From the NCBI GenBank assembly GCA_030390025.1, contig CM059432.1, forward strand, positions 131,008,001-131,072,000: a DNA stretch of 64,000 nt. The letters run 5' to 3'. The stretch is from Squalus acanthias (taxonomy: Eukaryota). Below the pieces are notes generated by a model. The model was not told where the DNA came from and made no database searches. It was given only the letters and a program-made list of their open reading frames with translations. Shown piece after piece: positions 13,853-26,797 of this stretch; position 1 is the first letter of the stretch, and each line of letters starts with the position of its first letter. Both the position numbers and the translations under genes were made by a program.

Positions 13853-14103
13853 TTCAGGAGTCTCAAACAATTAGCAAAGTAGCCACTCTGGAAGTACAGA
13901 GGGAGAAAATGAACCAAGGTTGCTTGAAGCCCTTAAAAGCAGCTGGATAAATGACGTCAGCAGAGGCGAGTTTCAGACCCAAAAGACTAATTGGGCCAGG
14001 GAGCAAAATCGCAAATTTATCCCGCCTGACAGCGGAGGCGGGAGCGGGACCCGCCGACCACCTGACCCACACCCAACCCGCCTCTATTAGTAAAATCGCG
14101 GCC

Positions 14104-14495
14104 TATATGTCACATTTCGCCAATCAGAGTACACTCTGTTACACCCTAGTCTCTGTCTCCTACCTCCCGACGAATTTTCTAACCATGTCCTAAGGTTACC
14201 TCCAATTCCATACACACTCTCTTTGGCTAATAATCTCTTGTGTGAGCCTTATCAAATGCCTTCAGGAAGTTCAGATAGACAACAGCCATAGACACTCCCA
14301 TGTCCACCTTGTTAGGGACCTCCACAAAAAAAACTTAGTTTAGAACTCCGATATGACCTACCCTTCATAAATCCATACTTGTTCAAATGCTCAGTCATTC
14401 TGTCCTTGATGATGGATTCCAGTAACTTATCTACAACTGACGTTAAACTGACAGGTCTGTAGTTTGCTAGTTCCCCCTCCCTCCTGTCTTAAGAA
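14104..14495 (-). mobile_element. CR1 LINE fragment (continuation of 8760-9153)
   Basis: ttatcaaatgccttc (KAFDK) and ctgacaggtctgtagtt (NYRPVS) on the minus strand. Confidence 0.8.
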
Positions 14496-15904
14496 GTACG
14501 AAACAATTTTGAATTTCTTTTAATTACAACGTTATGTAGTGCTATATACTGGGTTCCCTTTATTGGTTACAAACAATTTAATGTATTTTGATTTATACAT
14601 GTGATATTTTTAGCAAAATTGCTCTAATTGATGATCATTTGAAGATTGACACAATCCCTTGTGGGGGGGCGGAATGAAAAAAAATGATTTGAAGGTTCTC
14701 TTCCTGAATCTGACCTAATCTGCCATACCTTTGAAAGATGCACGAGCAGCCTGGAGATGGCACTTTTTGTGATGGACCACTTTACCTCTGTTGAATAGCT
14801 TCTCGTAGCAAAGACCTGAAGCACATTCCCTCGGGATTATAGGAAGAAATTTGTTCTGATTGTTTCAGTGCATTGTATCACTGCCCCATTGCAAAACTGG
14901 AAAATACTTCTATTTCCCTTCCATGTCCCCAATTTTCTCTAGCCCTCTATGATTTCCCCCATGTTGCTCTTCAGTCAGACACGAGGGGTTGCTTTCTTAC
15001 CAGCTATTCTCCCTGCAAGGAAATTCCTTCTGATCAAGAGCACCCCTTGTGAGGATTTGTGGATATGAGCCCATGTCTCTCCACTCCAAGACAGCACAGC
15101 CTACCAGCAATAGTTTTATGAAGAAGTATTCTTATCAGTTGTACCTTCATGACCGATGAAAGTCACAACTAAATTTAATCCCGTGATGAATGCACAGAAG
15201 GCAGTTTTACTTGTTTGGAATATTTGCTTGTCACTGTAAATTCTTCATATTATAACTCCCAAAAAAATTGCAACTTTTTAGTACTTTAAAAGCAATTAGA
15301 TTGTTTGGATGAGTCCCTTTCTTAAGCGAGAGTGTTGGCAGTTCTCAAATTTCTACTGTGAACTAAACTAATTTTTAGGTTATTTGAGGCAGGGACAACA
15401 TTAGTAACATTTAGATTGCTTGAGGTAGTTAGTCAAAGGGCAGGCCTTTTTTTATTCACCTGTTGATTTGTGCTTAATTTCCCTATTAAGGATTTTAGAG
15501 TGCCTCCAAGTCCTTCTGTAATGTTGTGCTGTTCCCTCTTGCCCTCGTAGAAGAAATTCTCAGCATTCCCCACTGAAATTGGCCTACTGTCACTAAGTAA
15601 TAGACTGATTTCAGTTTTGCTCAGATAACCTACTTCCAAGCAGGGATTCCTGAATCTCTCTTGGTGCAAGGGGAAGAAGGAGCAGCAGTATCTTATGGAG
15701 ACGAGAAGCAGGGCCAAGGCATGAATCGCTAAAATGTTTATGTTCCATATTCCAGTTAAATCTCAGGGTCTAAATGTTCCTTTTTTGTTGCTTGCTACCA
15801 AGAGACAAGTTTACTGCAGGCAAGAAATAGCTTTGCAACAGGGCATTATGTTTGAGTCTTGGAATTAATTGGGGTGGGGGGGGAATTTAAAATAGACAAA
15901 GTTC

Positions 15905-16430
15905 GAATCATACAGTAGAGAAGGAGGCCATTCGGCCCATCGTGTCTGTGCCGGCTCTTTGAAAGAGCTATCCAATTAGTTCCACTCTCCTCTTTCCCCA
16001 TAGCCCTGAAATTTTTTCCTTTCAAAGTATATATTCAATTTCCTTTTGAAAGTTAATATTGAATCTACTTCCACCACCCTTTCAGGCAGTGAATTCCAGA
16101 TCATCATAACTGGTTAAATTTTCCCCCCTCCTCTCCCCTCTGCTTCTGTGGAAACAGTTTGTCCTTATTTTTCTTATCAAAACCCTTCATAATTTTTTGA
16201 ACACCTCTATTAAACATCCCCATAACTTTCTCTGCTCTAAGGAGAGAAATCATAGCTTAGTCTCTCATGTAACTGAAGTCTCTCATCCCTGGTATCATTC
16301 TAGTCAATCTCCTCTGCACCATCTTCAAGGCCTTGACATCCTTCCTAAAGTGTGGTGTCAAGAATTGGACACAATACTCCAGCTGAGGCCTAACCAGTGA
16401 TTTATAAAGGTTTAGCATAACTTCCATGTT
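15905..16430 (-). mobile_element. CR1 LINE 3' fragment
   Basis: LYKSLVRPQLEYCVQFLTPHFRKDV. Confidence 0.9.
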
Positions 16431-16619
16431 TGGCATGTTGTCCACTTTTTATTTCGATAAACAATTTCAAAAAAACTCAGTTGATGTGTAAGGATTGTAA
16501 AGTATAGCTGAAACAAAAGATAGTTGACATCAGCCATTATGTTTAATTTCTACAGTTTTGTATTTCCTAATGTATTTAGAGGGGAAAAAAAATTAATTAG
16601 CTATTGCAGCTTTCTAGTA

Positions 16620-16983
16620 CAGGAAACTCTCTTTTAACCGGCACCCAAATAACCGGAAATCTCTCTTAACCGGCAAAATTCTTGAGTAGGAAACCGGGGT
16701 TTTCCTTCATCTCTCCTTTAAAAATAACTTTTAAAAAAACCCCGAGGCGTTTGCCTTGTATCGGAGCATGTAGATTGGGAGGGGAATGTGCAGCCCGGGT
16801 AGGCAGCGGACACGACAGATGGTCAGCTGGCGGTCCCCGGGGAGACGGAGCTCCGAATGCAGGCGCATGTCAGTGTGTACGGGGCTCTCGTACGTTGGGA
16901 GATATAACTCTCCGTTATCTGGACTTTTTGATTAACCGGCACCACGCCGGTCCTGTCGGTGCCGGTTAATAAAGAGTTTCCTG
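16620..16983. mobile_element. pogo/Tigger-like MITE
   Basis: TA|caggaaactctcttttaaccggcacc ... ggtgccggttaataaagagtttcctg|TA. Confidence 0.88.
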
Positions 16984-17948
16984 TATTGTACTGACAAATT
17001 TAATCTTGTCACTTTTTTTAACTTGTTAAAGTTTATACAAGTGTTTTGGTAAATTTGAAAAAGGGTAAATTGATAAATGCCATCTGTGGTTCTGAAAATG
17101 TTAACTCATAGTGAGTATGTGGTCATATGAAATATCCTTTCATTTGCAAGCAAACGATACTCTTTATTTGTTCACATTAATTTGTCTGTATTGCATTCTT
17201 CATTTGCATCACCAAAAACTATACTGAACAAGCTGGCTAAAAAGGTGGTGTGGATAAATGGCTATGAAGTGAATCTTTAGTTTTGTTTTAAATTCAGCCC
17301 CTTACATAGTAATTCTACAATATGACACACTAGTGTTGAAATAAATTTCCATCAATTTTGTAATTTTCTGCTTTGCTGATTTTAAAATGAGTTAAAATAA
17401 TAGGATAAGCAGGTTACAAAATTTAGCAATAAATTCGACTTACTGCAAATCGTAATTTGTGTCTCGTCTTGTTAATGATTCATTTTTAACATTATCTTGT
17501 TAACACTTCGCATGTATTTTTTCCTACATTCACTCCCACCTTTTTAAATTAATGTATCACCCAACTGTTGGCATCAATTACTGTTCAGATACTTATGGAG
17601 AAGTGACTGGGCCGAAATGCCATGAGTGGGTATGTCAGTAGCACAATGCAGTCATAAGATTGATTGACAAGATTGCGCTATTCGCTGTAAACTATCAGAT
17701 TGTAAACTAATATACCACAAGTAACTAATTTCCAACCTTGTAGGACAATATAACCGAGCATATAAATGTAAGTTGGGTCAGCAATATTATCTTGTAGTTC
17801 TATTGAAATAAAGTATGGGTTTGCATATACATGTATATATTGGCACAGAACAAGATACAGATATTGTGCGTAACACCATGAAGATTAGTTTGACTTAATT
17901 TTTTTTCCTTTTTGTATCAAATTTTGCTGTGCCATATCTTCCTGCTAG

Positions 17949-17960
17949 CTGATGTTTTTG
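17949..17960 (+). CDS. MTSS1: MTSS1 12-nt alternative micro-exon (adds ADVF between KKAKK and GKGDIQ)
   Basis: cttcctgctag|CTGATGTTTTTG|gtaagt; pyrimidine tract, consensus donor, frame-preserving; same position as the 4-aa insert of the long mammalian MIM IMD isoform. Confidence 0.8.
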
Positions 17961-19615
17961 GTAAGTTGAGCTCTACCCTGCTGGCTGGTGATTAAACCTT
18001 TTTGTGGGATACATGTGCATAAACGATATTCACCAGTAACTGCCAGTCTGTTTCTTCCCTTTGCCTCTCTCCTTTTCTCCCCCTCCTCCCACCAAGAAAA
18101 TGCCTTTGAATGTTTTAATGCTGGCACCTTTGTTTTGAATGAATAAAGAAGTAGCACACTGTGCAATATGTGTTCTGTTTAGAAATAAATCTGATGCAGT
18201 GAAAGAAGCACTTTAAGCTACAATGTGATTGGAAACTGTTGACTTGAAAATAGTTGCATTGTAGCAATACTTATTTGAAATTTAATCTTCTGAGTGTTGG
18301 GTATTTTTGGCATTAAATAGCAACAAGTTTTACAATTGATACGCCAAAATGTCATTATAATAAATAAATAATTAAAAATGTAAAGGATTATGATGGTGGA
18401 AGATTTGACTTGTCCTATGGATTTTGTGTTGACTGAAGTTGAACATGTGAATTGTTCAAGGAGGAATTTAGTAAAACTCAAAGGCATTGTATTTTATTTG
18501 AGTATGATTTCATTAAGAGTTAAAAATGTATATTCATATTCACAAGCACATAACAGTTGTGATATCTATAAATGTAATTTAATATACCTTTAGACTGCTG
18601 TTATTCAGATGTATGCCACCAACTGAACCATTTTAATGTAAATTCTTAATTCAACTCAATCATGTATAACTATTTGTTTGTAACAAATGAGACATCAAAA
18701 GCAAAAACCTTGGATTGAACATTTTTGTATAAATGTACCACTTTATCTAGGTTTTCAAGCTGTAGATTGTACAGTACCATAGTTTAATTTTATGTTTAAG
18801 TGTGGTTAAGTCCATACAGCCATTTTGATACAGCTTGGACAGCAGTCACAACTTTACTGACAATCACGGCGGGATAGAGGTTCAAAAGAAGTTGTATTCT
18901 TTCTATTACGAAACCTTGGGGTCATTTTGTGTCCACACACCCAGCAGGGAGCCTTGTCTACCAGGTGCACATGTCTGAAATTCAGGTACACACTGCTCAT
19001 CATTTGCGACCGTTAATATGTGTGCCTGAATTTCCAGTGTGCTCTTCTGGCAAGCAAGTCTTCCAAAGGCTTGTAAAGTTACGCACCCACCCCCTCCACA
19101 TCTACCCCCACCCCAAAAAATAGTATAACACTCAAAGTATAACGCTCGAAACACATCAACAGTTAGCTCAAAAGTGGCACTGGGCAAGATTTGGGAGCCA
19201 TTTTCCCTCCCTCTATCCATCCTTTCGCAAAGGGAGTCAAGGAATCATAGCTCTATCTAAGGGAACTTTTGCTTTCTGAAATAAGTACATTCTTGCTACA
19301 GAGAGGGAGGTATGCAAGCCTTTGAAGAGTCAGCAATCTGATTTCAGGGAGGAAAATATAGGTAGTATAGGCTGTAAGTTGGAAGGGATATGAGACCTAA
19401 CCAAATATGTATATATGTGCAAGTAGCACATTTAAATACATTCCTGGAATGCCTACTCCTGTTTTCTAGCAACAGAATTTTTAAAATTTTAATTTAAATA
19501 AAAGTTATCAAATGAAAATAACTAATAAGCTGAAGTAAAGAAACATTTGGGGTCTAATACTCGAGGTTGAAATGAGGACAGAACAGATTAAAAACTGTCT
19601 ATCACCATCGATTTA

Positions 19616-20040
19616 CAGGAAACTTTCGTTTATCCGGCACTCAAATATCCGGAATTCTCGCTTAACCGGCAAAAATCATCCTCCGAAAACTCCTCTCAAA
19701 TAACCGGCAATGTTGCCGAGTCGCAGTCGAGTCTCCGCGAACGCCGAGTGCTCCGAAAAATCCTCTCAAATAACCGGCAATGTTGCCGATCCCGAGTCCA
19801 AGTCCGAGTCCGCGAACACCGATTTAGTCAGTAGGGGTACTTTTCAAAAGTACCACTACTTGGCCTCCTGGCGCTGTCGCAAGTCCGAAACATTGCAGTA
19901 GCATGAGTAGATTCTCCCGTGCTGCTTGGAGTCTCTTTGTTAAAAATAGCCTCGGTAGATATAACTCTCTGTTATCCAGTACTTTCGATAAACCGGCACC
20001 ACGCCGGTCCCGTCGATGCCGGATAAACGAAAGTTTCCTG
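19616..20040. mobile_element. pogo/Tigger-like MITE related to 16620-16983
   Basis: TA|caggaaactttcgtttatccggca ... tgccggataaacgaaagtttcctg|TA (perfect 24-bp TIR); internal tandem duplication at 19681/19751. Confidence 0.9.
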
Positions 20041-20629
20041 TATATGCTCAAGTCCTGGAGTGGAGCTTGATCTCACAACAACACTACTAGCAACAACTTT
20101 CATTTATATCGTGCCTTTAACATAGACAAACATCCCAAGGCACTTCACAGAAGCATACTCAAACAAAAATTAATGCCAAGGCAAATAACGAGATATTAGG
20201 AGGGGTGACTCTTGAGAGAGTCCAGAGTATAAGGCCTAGGCGCCTGAAGGTATGGCCACCAGTGGTGGCATCAGGTAAAGGGAGTAGGGGTTGCACAAGA
20301 GCCCAGATTTGGAGGAACAGAGAGGCAAGAGTGCCATTACTAAGCTAAGGCTGATGCCTTAATGCTAGAATATATATCTAGAAAAGTACCTTCAAAGTCT
20401 ACAGAAGTTATGCTAAGCCTTTACACTGCACTGGTTGGACTACACGTAGAATATTGTGGTTACTTTTGATCGCATAGCACAAAAAGGGCACAGGAAATAG
20501 CAAGGTTGATTCCAAGTTATAAAGGAGATGTGTTATGAGGAAAGATTGAGAAGCTTAAGCTTTATAATCTAGAAAGGTCAAATGCGGACCCCATCAAAGT
20601 ATCCCCAATTTCAAAACCCAGATTACTTG

Positions 20630-23050
20630 AAGAGTCATAGTCATAACGGCACAGAAGGAGGCCATTCGGCCCATTGAGTCCGTGCCAGCTCTCTGTAGAG
20701 CAATCCAGTCAGTCCCATTCCCCACTCTATCCCTGTAGCCCTGCAAGTTTATTTCTCTCGCATATCCAGTCTCCCCTTGAAAACATTGAGTGTCTCCGCT
20801 TCCACCACTTCCATCGGCAGCGAGTTCCAGGTCCTCACCACTCGCTGCGTAAAAAGGTTTTCCTCACATCCCCCCTGTATCTCTTGTCCAAAACCTTAAA
20901 TCTGTGTCCCCTAGTCTTTGTACCATCAACTAGTGGGAACAGCCTTTTCCCGTCTAGCCTATCCAAACCTGTCATAATCTTGTACGCCTCTATCAAATCA
21001 CCCCTCCGCCTCCTTTGCTCTAATGAAAACAAATCCAGCTTCTCCAACCTAACCTTGTAGCTAAGATCCACCATCCCCGGAACCATTCTGGTAAATCTCC
21101 TCTGCACCCTCTCCAGGGCCTTCACTTCCTTCCTAAAGTGTGGTGACCAGAACTGGACTCAATACTCCAGTTGTGGCCTAACCAGCGCTTTATAAAGGTT
21201 CAGCATAACTTCTCTACTTTTGTACTCAATACATCTATTTATGAAGCCCAAAATCCCATATGCTTTGCTAACCGCTCTCTCAATATGTCCTGCCACCTTC
21301 AGGGACCTATGCACATTTACTCCCAGGTCCCTCTGTCCCTGTACACTCTTTGGGCTGGATTTTGTCAATGGGGATGTGATGGAGGCGGGACTCCCACTTT
21401 TTGGGTTGTAGTCCCGCCTCCATCGACTTGTGGCCAACCTACTGTATTTTCCCTTGATTGACCTTGTTAAGCCCGCTGGCGGGCTTAGCAGGCCAATCAA
21501 GGGTCCCTTGGATACAGGTGACGTCAGGCATTGAAATTTCATCTATCAAGAGCTTTTGACAGATGAAATTTCAGCGTTTGACAGCTCTGTGAAGCTGTCA
21601 AACACTGACAATATGATTTCTAACGTGAGTCCCTGTACTTAGTTAGAAATCAATCCAGCACAGAAAGCAGAGACTGCAGCTTTTGACAGCTCCGCGGCCA
21701 TTCTGCTTTCTGTGCCGGTGAGCTGAGGGACTCCCGAGAACTGAAGGAAGGAAGCCTGCAGGACAAAGTTAAGGTAAGTACAAGTTCTTAAAACACTTTA
21801 TATATACACACACCAAACACACTTACCTCTGCACTCATGCACCCATCACTCACCTGCACACCGGACATCTCGACCCCTCCAAGCCCTCCAGACCGACGGT
21901 CTGCCTCGCTAAATCGGAGTGGTTCGGAGCTGTCGGGAAGCCCACACTTCAGGGCTAAAAATAGGGATTAGGCAAAAAACTGCCTGTTAACTACCTGTTA
22001 ACAGGCAGTTTATTGGTACTAATCCCCTTCCCGCCTCGGGGAGGCGGGTCCCAGCACAGGTCGGGTACCCACCTCCTGTGAAACTGGCATGGGGGAGGGA
22101 TGGGTTCGGGACCCCCGAATCTGCTATTTTCCCACCCCACATGCCTCCAAACCCGCCTCCACGGGTCAATGAAAATTCTGCCCTTTAAAACTGTTCCATT
22201 AAGTGTATATTGCCTTTCCCTATTCCTTCTACCAAAATGCATCACCTCACACTTCTCTGTATTAAATTCCATCTGCCCATTCTGCTAGCCTTTCTAAGAC
22301 CTGTTGCAGTCGATTGGTATCATCCTCACTGTTTGCCACATCCCCCAAGTTTGGTGTCAGCGGCAAATTTAGAAATTCTACTCTGTATTCCAATATCCAG
22401 GTCATTTATTTATATATATATATCATAAAAAGCAGTTGCCCCAGCATTGACCCTTGGGAAACACCACTGTCTACCATCATCCAGTCTGAAAAACAGCCAT
22501 TTACCACAACTCGCTGTTTTCTGTCCTTATTCAAGCTACCACTGACCCACCTATTCCATGAGCCTCAATTTTGTTAACCAGCCTTCTATGTGGTACTTTG
22601 TCAAACGCATTCCGAAAATCCATGTAGACAACATCCATTGCATTCCCTTCATGAATCTTCCCTGTTACTTCATCAAAAAATTCAATTAGATTAGTCAAAC
22701 ATGATCTGCCTTTTACAAATCTGTGTTGGCTCTCCTTAATTAGCTTAAACCTCCAAGTGCCTGTTAATTTTTTCCTTGATTATTGTTTCTAAAACTTTAC
22801 CCACCACTCTTGTTAAACTGACCGGCCTGTAGTTACTAGGATTGTCCTTACACCCTTTCTTGAACAATGGTGTCACATTTGTCACTTTCCAATCCTCAGG
22901 CACCTCCCCCGTATCTAGGGAAGATTGGAAAATTATGGCAAGCCCTTCTGCTATCTCCTCCCCCAATTCCCTCAGCAACCTGGGATCCAAGCCATCTGGA
23001 CCAGGCGACTTATCCACTCTAAGCATACCCAGTCTTTCTAGTACATCGTG
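20630..23050 (-). mobile_element. CR1 LINE ORF2/3' fragment split by a MITE
   Basis: KSPGPDGLDPRLLREL...EDWKVTNVTPLFKKG..NYRPVSLT; MEFNTEKCEVMHFG; LERVQRRFTRM. Confidence 0.92.
21352..22183. mobile_element. Harbinger-type MITE inserted in CR1
   Basis: TTT|gggctggattttg ... gaaaattctgccc|TTT (3-bp TSD); CR1 reads through when removed; subterminal similarity to 10772-14103. Confidence 0.82.
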
Positions 23051-26000
23051 TCTTGCTTCTACCTTTTCCACTTCTAGCGACACCAAGAAAGTCAGACCAG
23101 AAGACAAAAATGGGAATGAATGAGAAGTAAATTTAGAAGAAATGTCAGGAAAAATACTTTCAACAGTGAGAAATGTTTGGAATAATCTACCGAGCAAAAC
23201 AGAATTGGCAAAAACATGTAATATTATTCAAAATACAATTAGTTACTATGATGCAAGAGTTAATGTACTAGAGGGATGAGCTTCAGTGGGCAGAATGTCC
23301 TTTTCTCATCTGACTTTTATGGCATTTTTCCCTTGCCATTTTCTCTGCTCCCAAAGGCACTGATCTTGTTGGGTACAGTTGAATAGGTGCCAACCAGCAT
23401 CTTGCGTACTGTACCTTGCCCATTATTCATGTGTAAGGCCTGACCTTGAGTCTCAGCAGCCTATTTGGCTACATGGAACATTACAGCCAACTCTTGTCTG
23501 ATCTTTGCTTCATCTGACACCTGCACACCTCTAACAGAGGTTGTTGAATTGCGATGAATAATGAGAACCCTAACTAAATTTCACCTTCCGAATACACCAG
23601 CACTGAGGCCAGTTGTAGTGCGTCTACTACCGGTGAGACTGAGATCGGCTAATTCCACACAGACTGGGGTTTGAAACTGCTTTCTTTTTATGTTGTTCTA
23701 TTTTGATGTAATTTCCACAAACTACAAAATATTTGGGATATGACATCATAAACCACAAGGACTTCAGACTTGCACAGAAGGGAGATGACAATTGAGTTTA
23801 CATATGTTGAAATAACTTAGACATAATTAAAAATTTTCTGATGTGAACAGTGAATTCTACATATTCTGACAGATGTTACGGTGCTGCCGACCAAAGTTTT
23901 GACCTAGGTTATACTTGCCATTTATTATATGAGCATCTTGTGTTGCACTAGTTGTGTTACGGAAAATTGGTAAGTAAAATAGTCCAGTAAAAGTGACCTA
24001 GGAAAGATAATTCTACAATACCAAATGTTCAAACCCATGGATATTTGCATCATTTAATGATATATGTAAATAACAAATCACAACATTACCTGATAACTTT
24101 GTCTTTCAAAGCAATTCGAAGTGCATGTTTTATTGTAGAATCACCACTTTTACAAATAATCTCCCATTTTGAAAATGTGCAATTTGAGGACCAGAAATGT
24201 TAAATGTCTTAATGTTTAAAACAAAGGTCTGCCAAGCATTATTACTACTAGAACTGAAGAGGAGTCAGCAACTTTACTGTGCTGTGATAATCTGAGGAAG
24301 AGAGGAATTTTATTTGGGAGGGGGGGGGAAATAGAGGGGGCAAAGAGTTACTGTGGCAAATATTCTCATAAGCATCATAATCCTTTACAAATCTTCCTAC
24401 TTTTTCTTCTGCCCTACAAATTTCCTTTTCCAATGGACAGCATGCAACACTACTTATTTCTTTCAGCTCAGCCAATTCAGGAATAAATGTAGTTTCACTG
24501 TATATTTGTAATTCAACCAAATAATTTTGCTGTTATGATCAGGTTTAGTGGGGTCGCTCTGAACCCACCTACACTTGGATTGGTTCTACGAGGCAAAGGG
24601 AGCTGAAACAACCCTGTACCTGCAGTTGATGATTTGTTTCCTTCTTTTCCCCCACACCCACCCCACTCACCCACAAAGTAAACGTCTGTGTAGTAGCCTT
24701 GTTCGTGGTTTATTGTTCCTACTGCACTATCTCAATGTTTTGTGAGTGAATTGTGCACTGAAGTAGTACTGGTGATTGAATTATAGAGGCACCATAATTT
24801 ATAACATTAATTAAGCATGTTAATGATGTCTTGTCCTAGTATTTCACTATGCATTTATTTAAAACATATTGGGTGTGCTTTTGGTGTTTTGTGATGCACT
24901 ATGGTTTGGGAAGGGAGCACACGATTGCATTTTTAAAAGTGCTCTAGTCTGGTTCTTGATCAGTTTAAACGTCCTTTCATTTCTCACTACGAAATCAGAA
25001 ATTGGCTTATTCACATTATGAAAGATGGTCTTTATGTAGCTGAATGTATAAGAGCTTTTACTAAAAAGGTCTCGAGGGCCATTATCCTTTCTTATTTGCT
25101 GAGCGTTTAAGAATGTTTGAATGCAAATGAGTGTTTCGTCTTTGAGATGTTCCAGGTAGGTAGCACAGAATTGAACATTTATTTCTGCCAACATAGGCTC
25201 TTCCAGATCCACTGGAAAACGTTACCTAAATATTGTTTATTGATTTTATATATTGTAAAAGGTAATTGGGTTCAGGGAGGGACAATAAAAGCATAATTTG
25301 ATCTGATGTGAAAACAAGTAGATGGTGCAAAGTATGAAATGATTAAATTGATTGCATCTGGTTATAGAGGAAACCAGAATTTCTGATGAAACATTTACAG
25401 TGTACAAGATTTGATAATCAACTCTCTAGCAGTGATTTGGTCATAAAGTTTCCATCAGATGTTTATTTCACTTTTGAGTAAAAAACTTTGTTCCGTTTAT
25501 TTGGAGGGGTGGTAAATCTTGCTTTTTTGTATGGAATACGAGTGTGCATTTTATTTTAACCTTTTGATAATAGAATAGCTCCAAGTGAAGAGAAATTTCT
25601 GTTTCAATTTTGTTGGGGGTACATTTTAAAGAAAAGAAGGAGAAGGTAGTCCAGGGCAAATGATGCCAATTTACTCAACTTTCTACTGAACACTGCGTGA
25701 TTACTCGGTCTGTAGTACTGTACTAAAATGTTGTTTGCGGTCTACATAACAAAAAGAAATGTTCACAGGTTGCAAATTCAAAGCAGAAATGCAAAGGACT
25801 GAGTGCCTGATAGCAAACATACCTTTCGGCTTAGCTTATTTCTAAATCTTAGTACTAAGTCCAAACACTCAGCAGAGCAAGCAGGAGTCTTGCACCGCAC
25901 AGAACTGTAGGAGGATGGAAGATTCTAAATTGAATTGTGTACATGCACATAATGATGTGTATTGAATTGTAATCTATTTCTCAAGGCTGCTTGTATTCCT

Positions 26001-26090
26001 TACAAAATTGACCATTTACTCAAGTGAGTTACTACGCCACACAGATCAGGAAGGACCCAGATTTCATCCCTGGTCTGTGGTGATTTAGTT

Positions 26091-26290
26091 AAAAGCAAAA
26101 TACTGCAGAAATATGAAATAAAAACAGTAAATGCTGAAAACACTCAGCAGGTCAGGCAGCATCTGCGGAGAGAGAACAGACCAGTTAACGTTTCAGGTGT
26201 GGATTCTTCATCAGAACGGATGGCTCAACTCCTGAAACATTAACTTGTCTGTCTCTCCACAGATGCTACCTGACCTGCTGAGTGTTTAGA
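26091..26290. mobile_element. Palindromic Penelope-terminus-derived element
   Basis: ctcagcaggtcaggcagcatctg...gttaacgtttcagg and its inverse cctgaaacattaac...cagatgctacctgacctgctgag; similar to 35080-35215. Confidence 0.8.
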
Positions 26291-26395
26291 GGCTTTTTTA
26301 ATTCTGATAGTATGTTGGGAGGGCAAAGAGGAAAAAAAAATGAAGGCCCTTAATATTTTTGTTTGAAGTTGATAATTATTTCTGTATCTTTTCAG

Positions 26396-26553
26396 GAAAA
26401 GGAGACATTCAACCTCAGTTGGACAGTGCTTTGCAAGATGTAAATGATAAATACCTTCTGCTTGAAGAAACCGAAAAGCAAGCTGTCCGTAGAGCCCTCA
26501 TTGAAGAACGCAGTCGCTTCTGTGCTTTTGTTTCCATGCTGCGGCCTGTGGTT
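26396..26553 (+). CDS. MTSS1: MTSS1 coding exon (GKGDIQPQLDSALQDVNDKYLLLEETEKQAVRRALIEERSRFCAFVSMLRPVV)
   Basis: ttttcag|GAAAA...GTT|gtaagt; 158 nt; inside ORF 26359..26673. Confidence 0.97.
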
Positions 26554-26797
26554 GTAAGTTTGTTTCTTGTTCCACTTAATTGGAAACTATGCTATTGCAT
26601 AATTGGACTCATAAAGGCTATTAACATTACTAAAAAGGAACTAGGGAGTCTGTTGCATGGGGGGTTAAAATAAATGTTGAGGGATGACTCATTTTACCCA
26701 TTACTTAGATTCTTAATCCATTCTCTGTTTCTTTTGGAAGCAAGATTATTATTTTCATAATTCTGTTACAGTTTTGTGCATGCTTAAATCCTTTATA

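Larger units (their letters stand above)
10772..14103. mobile_element. PIF/Harbinger DNA transposon, internally deleted
   Basis: TIRs gggctcgattttac / gtaaaatcgcggcc; convergent transposase remnant (+) and Myb/SANT-like gene (-). Confidence 0.88.
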
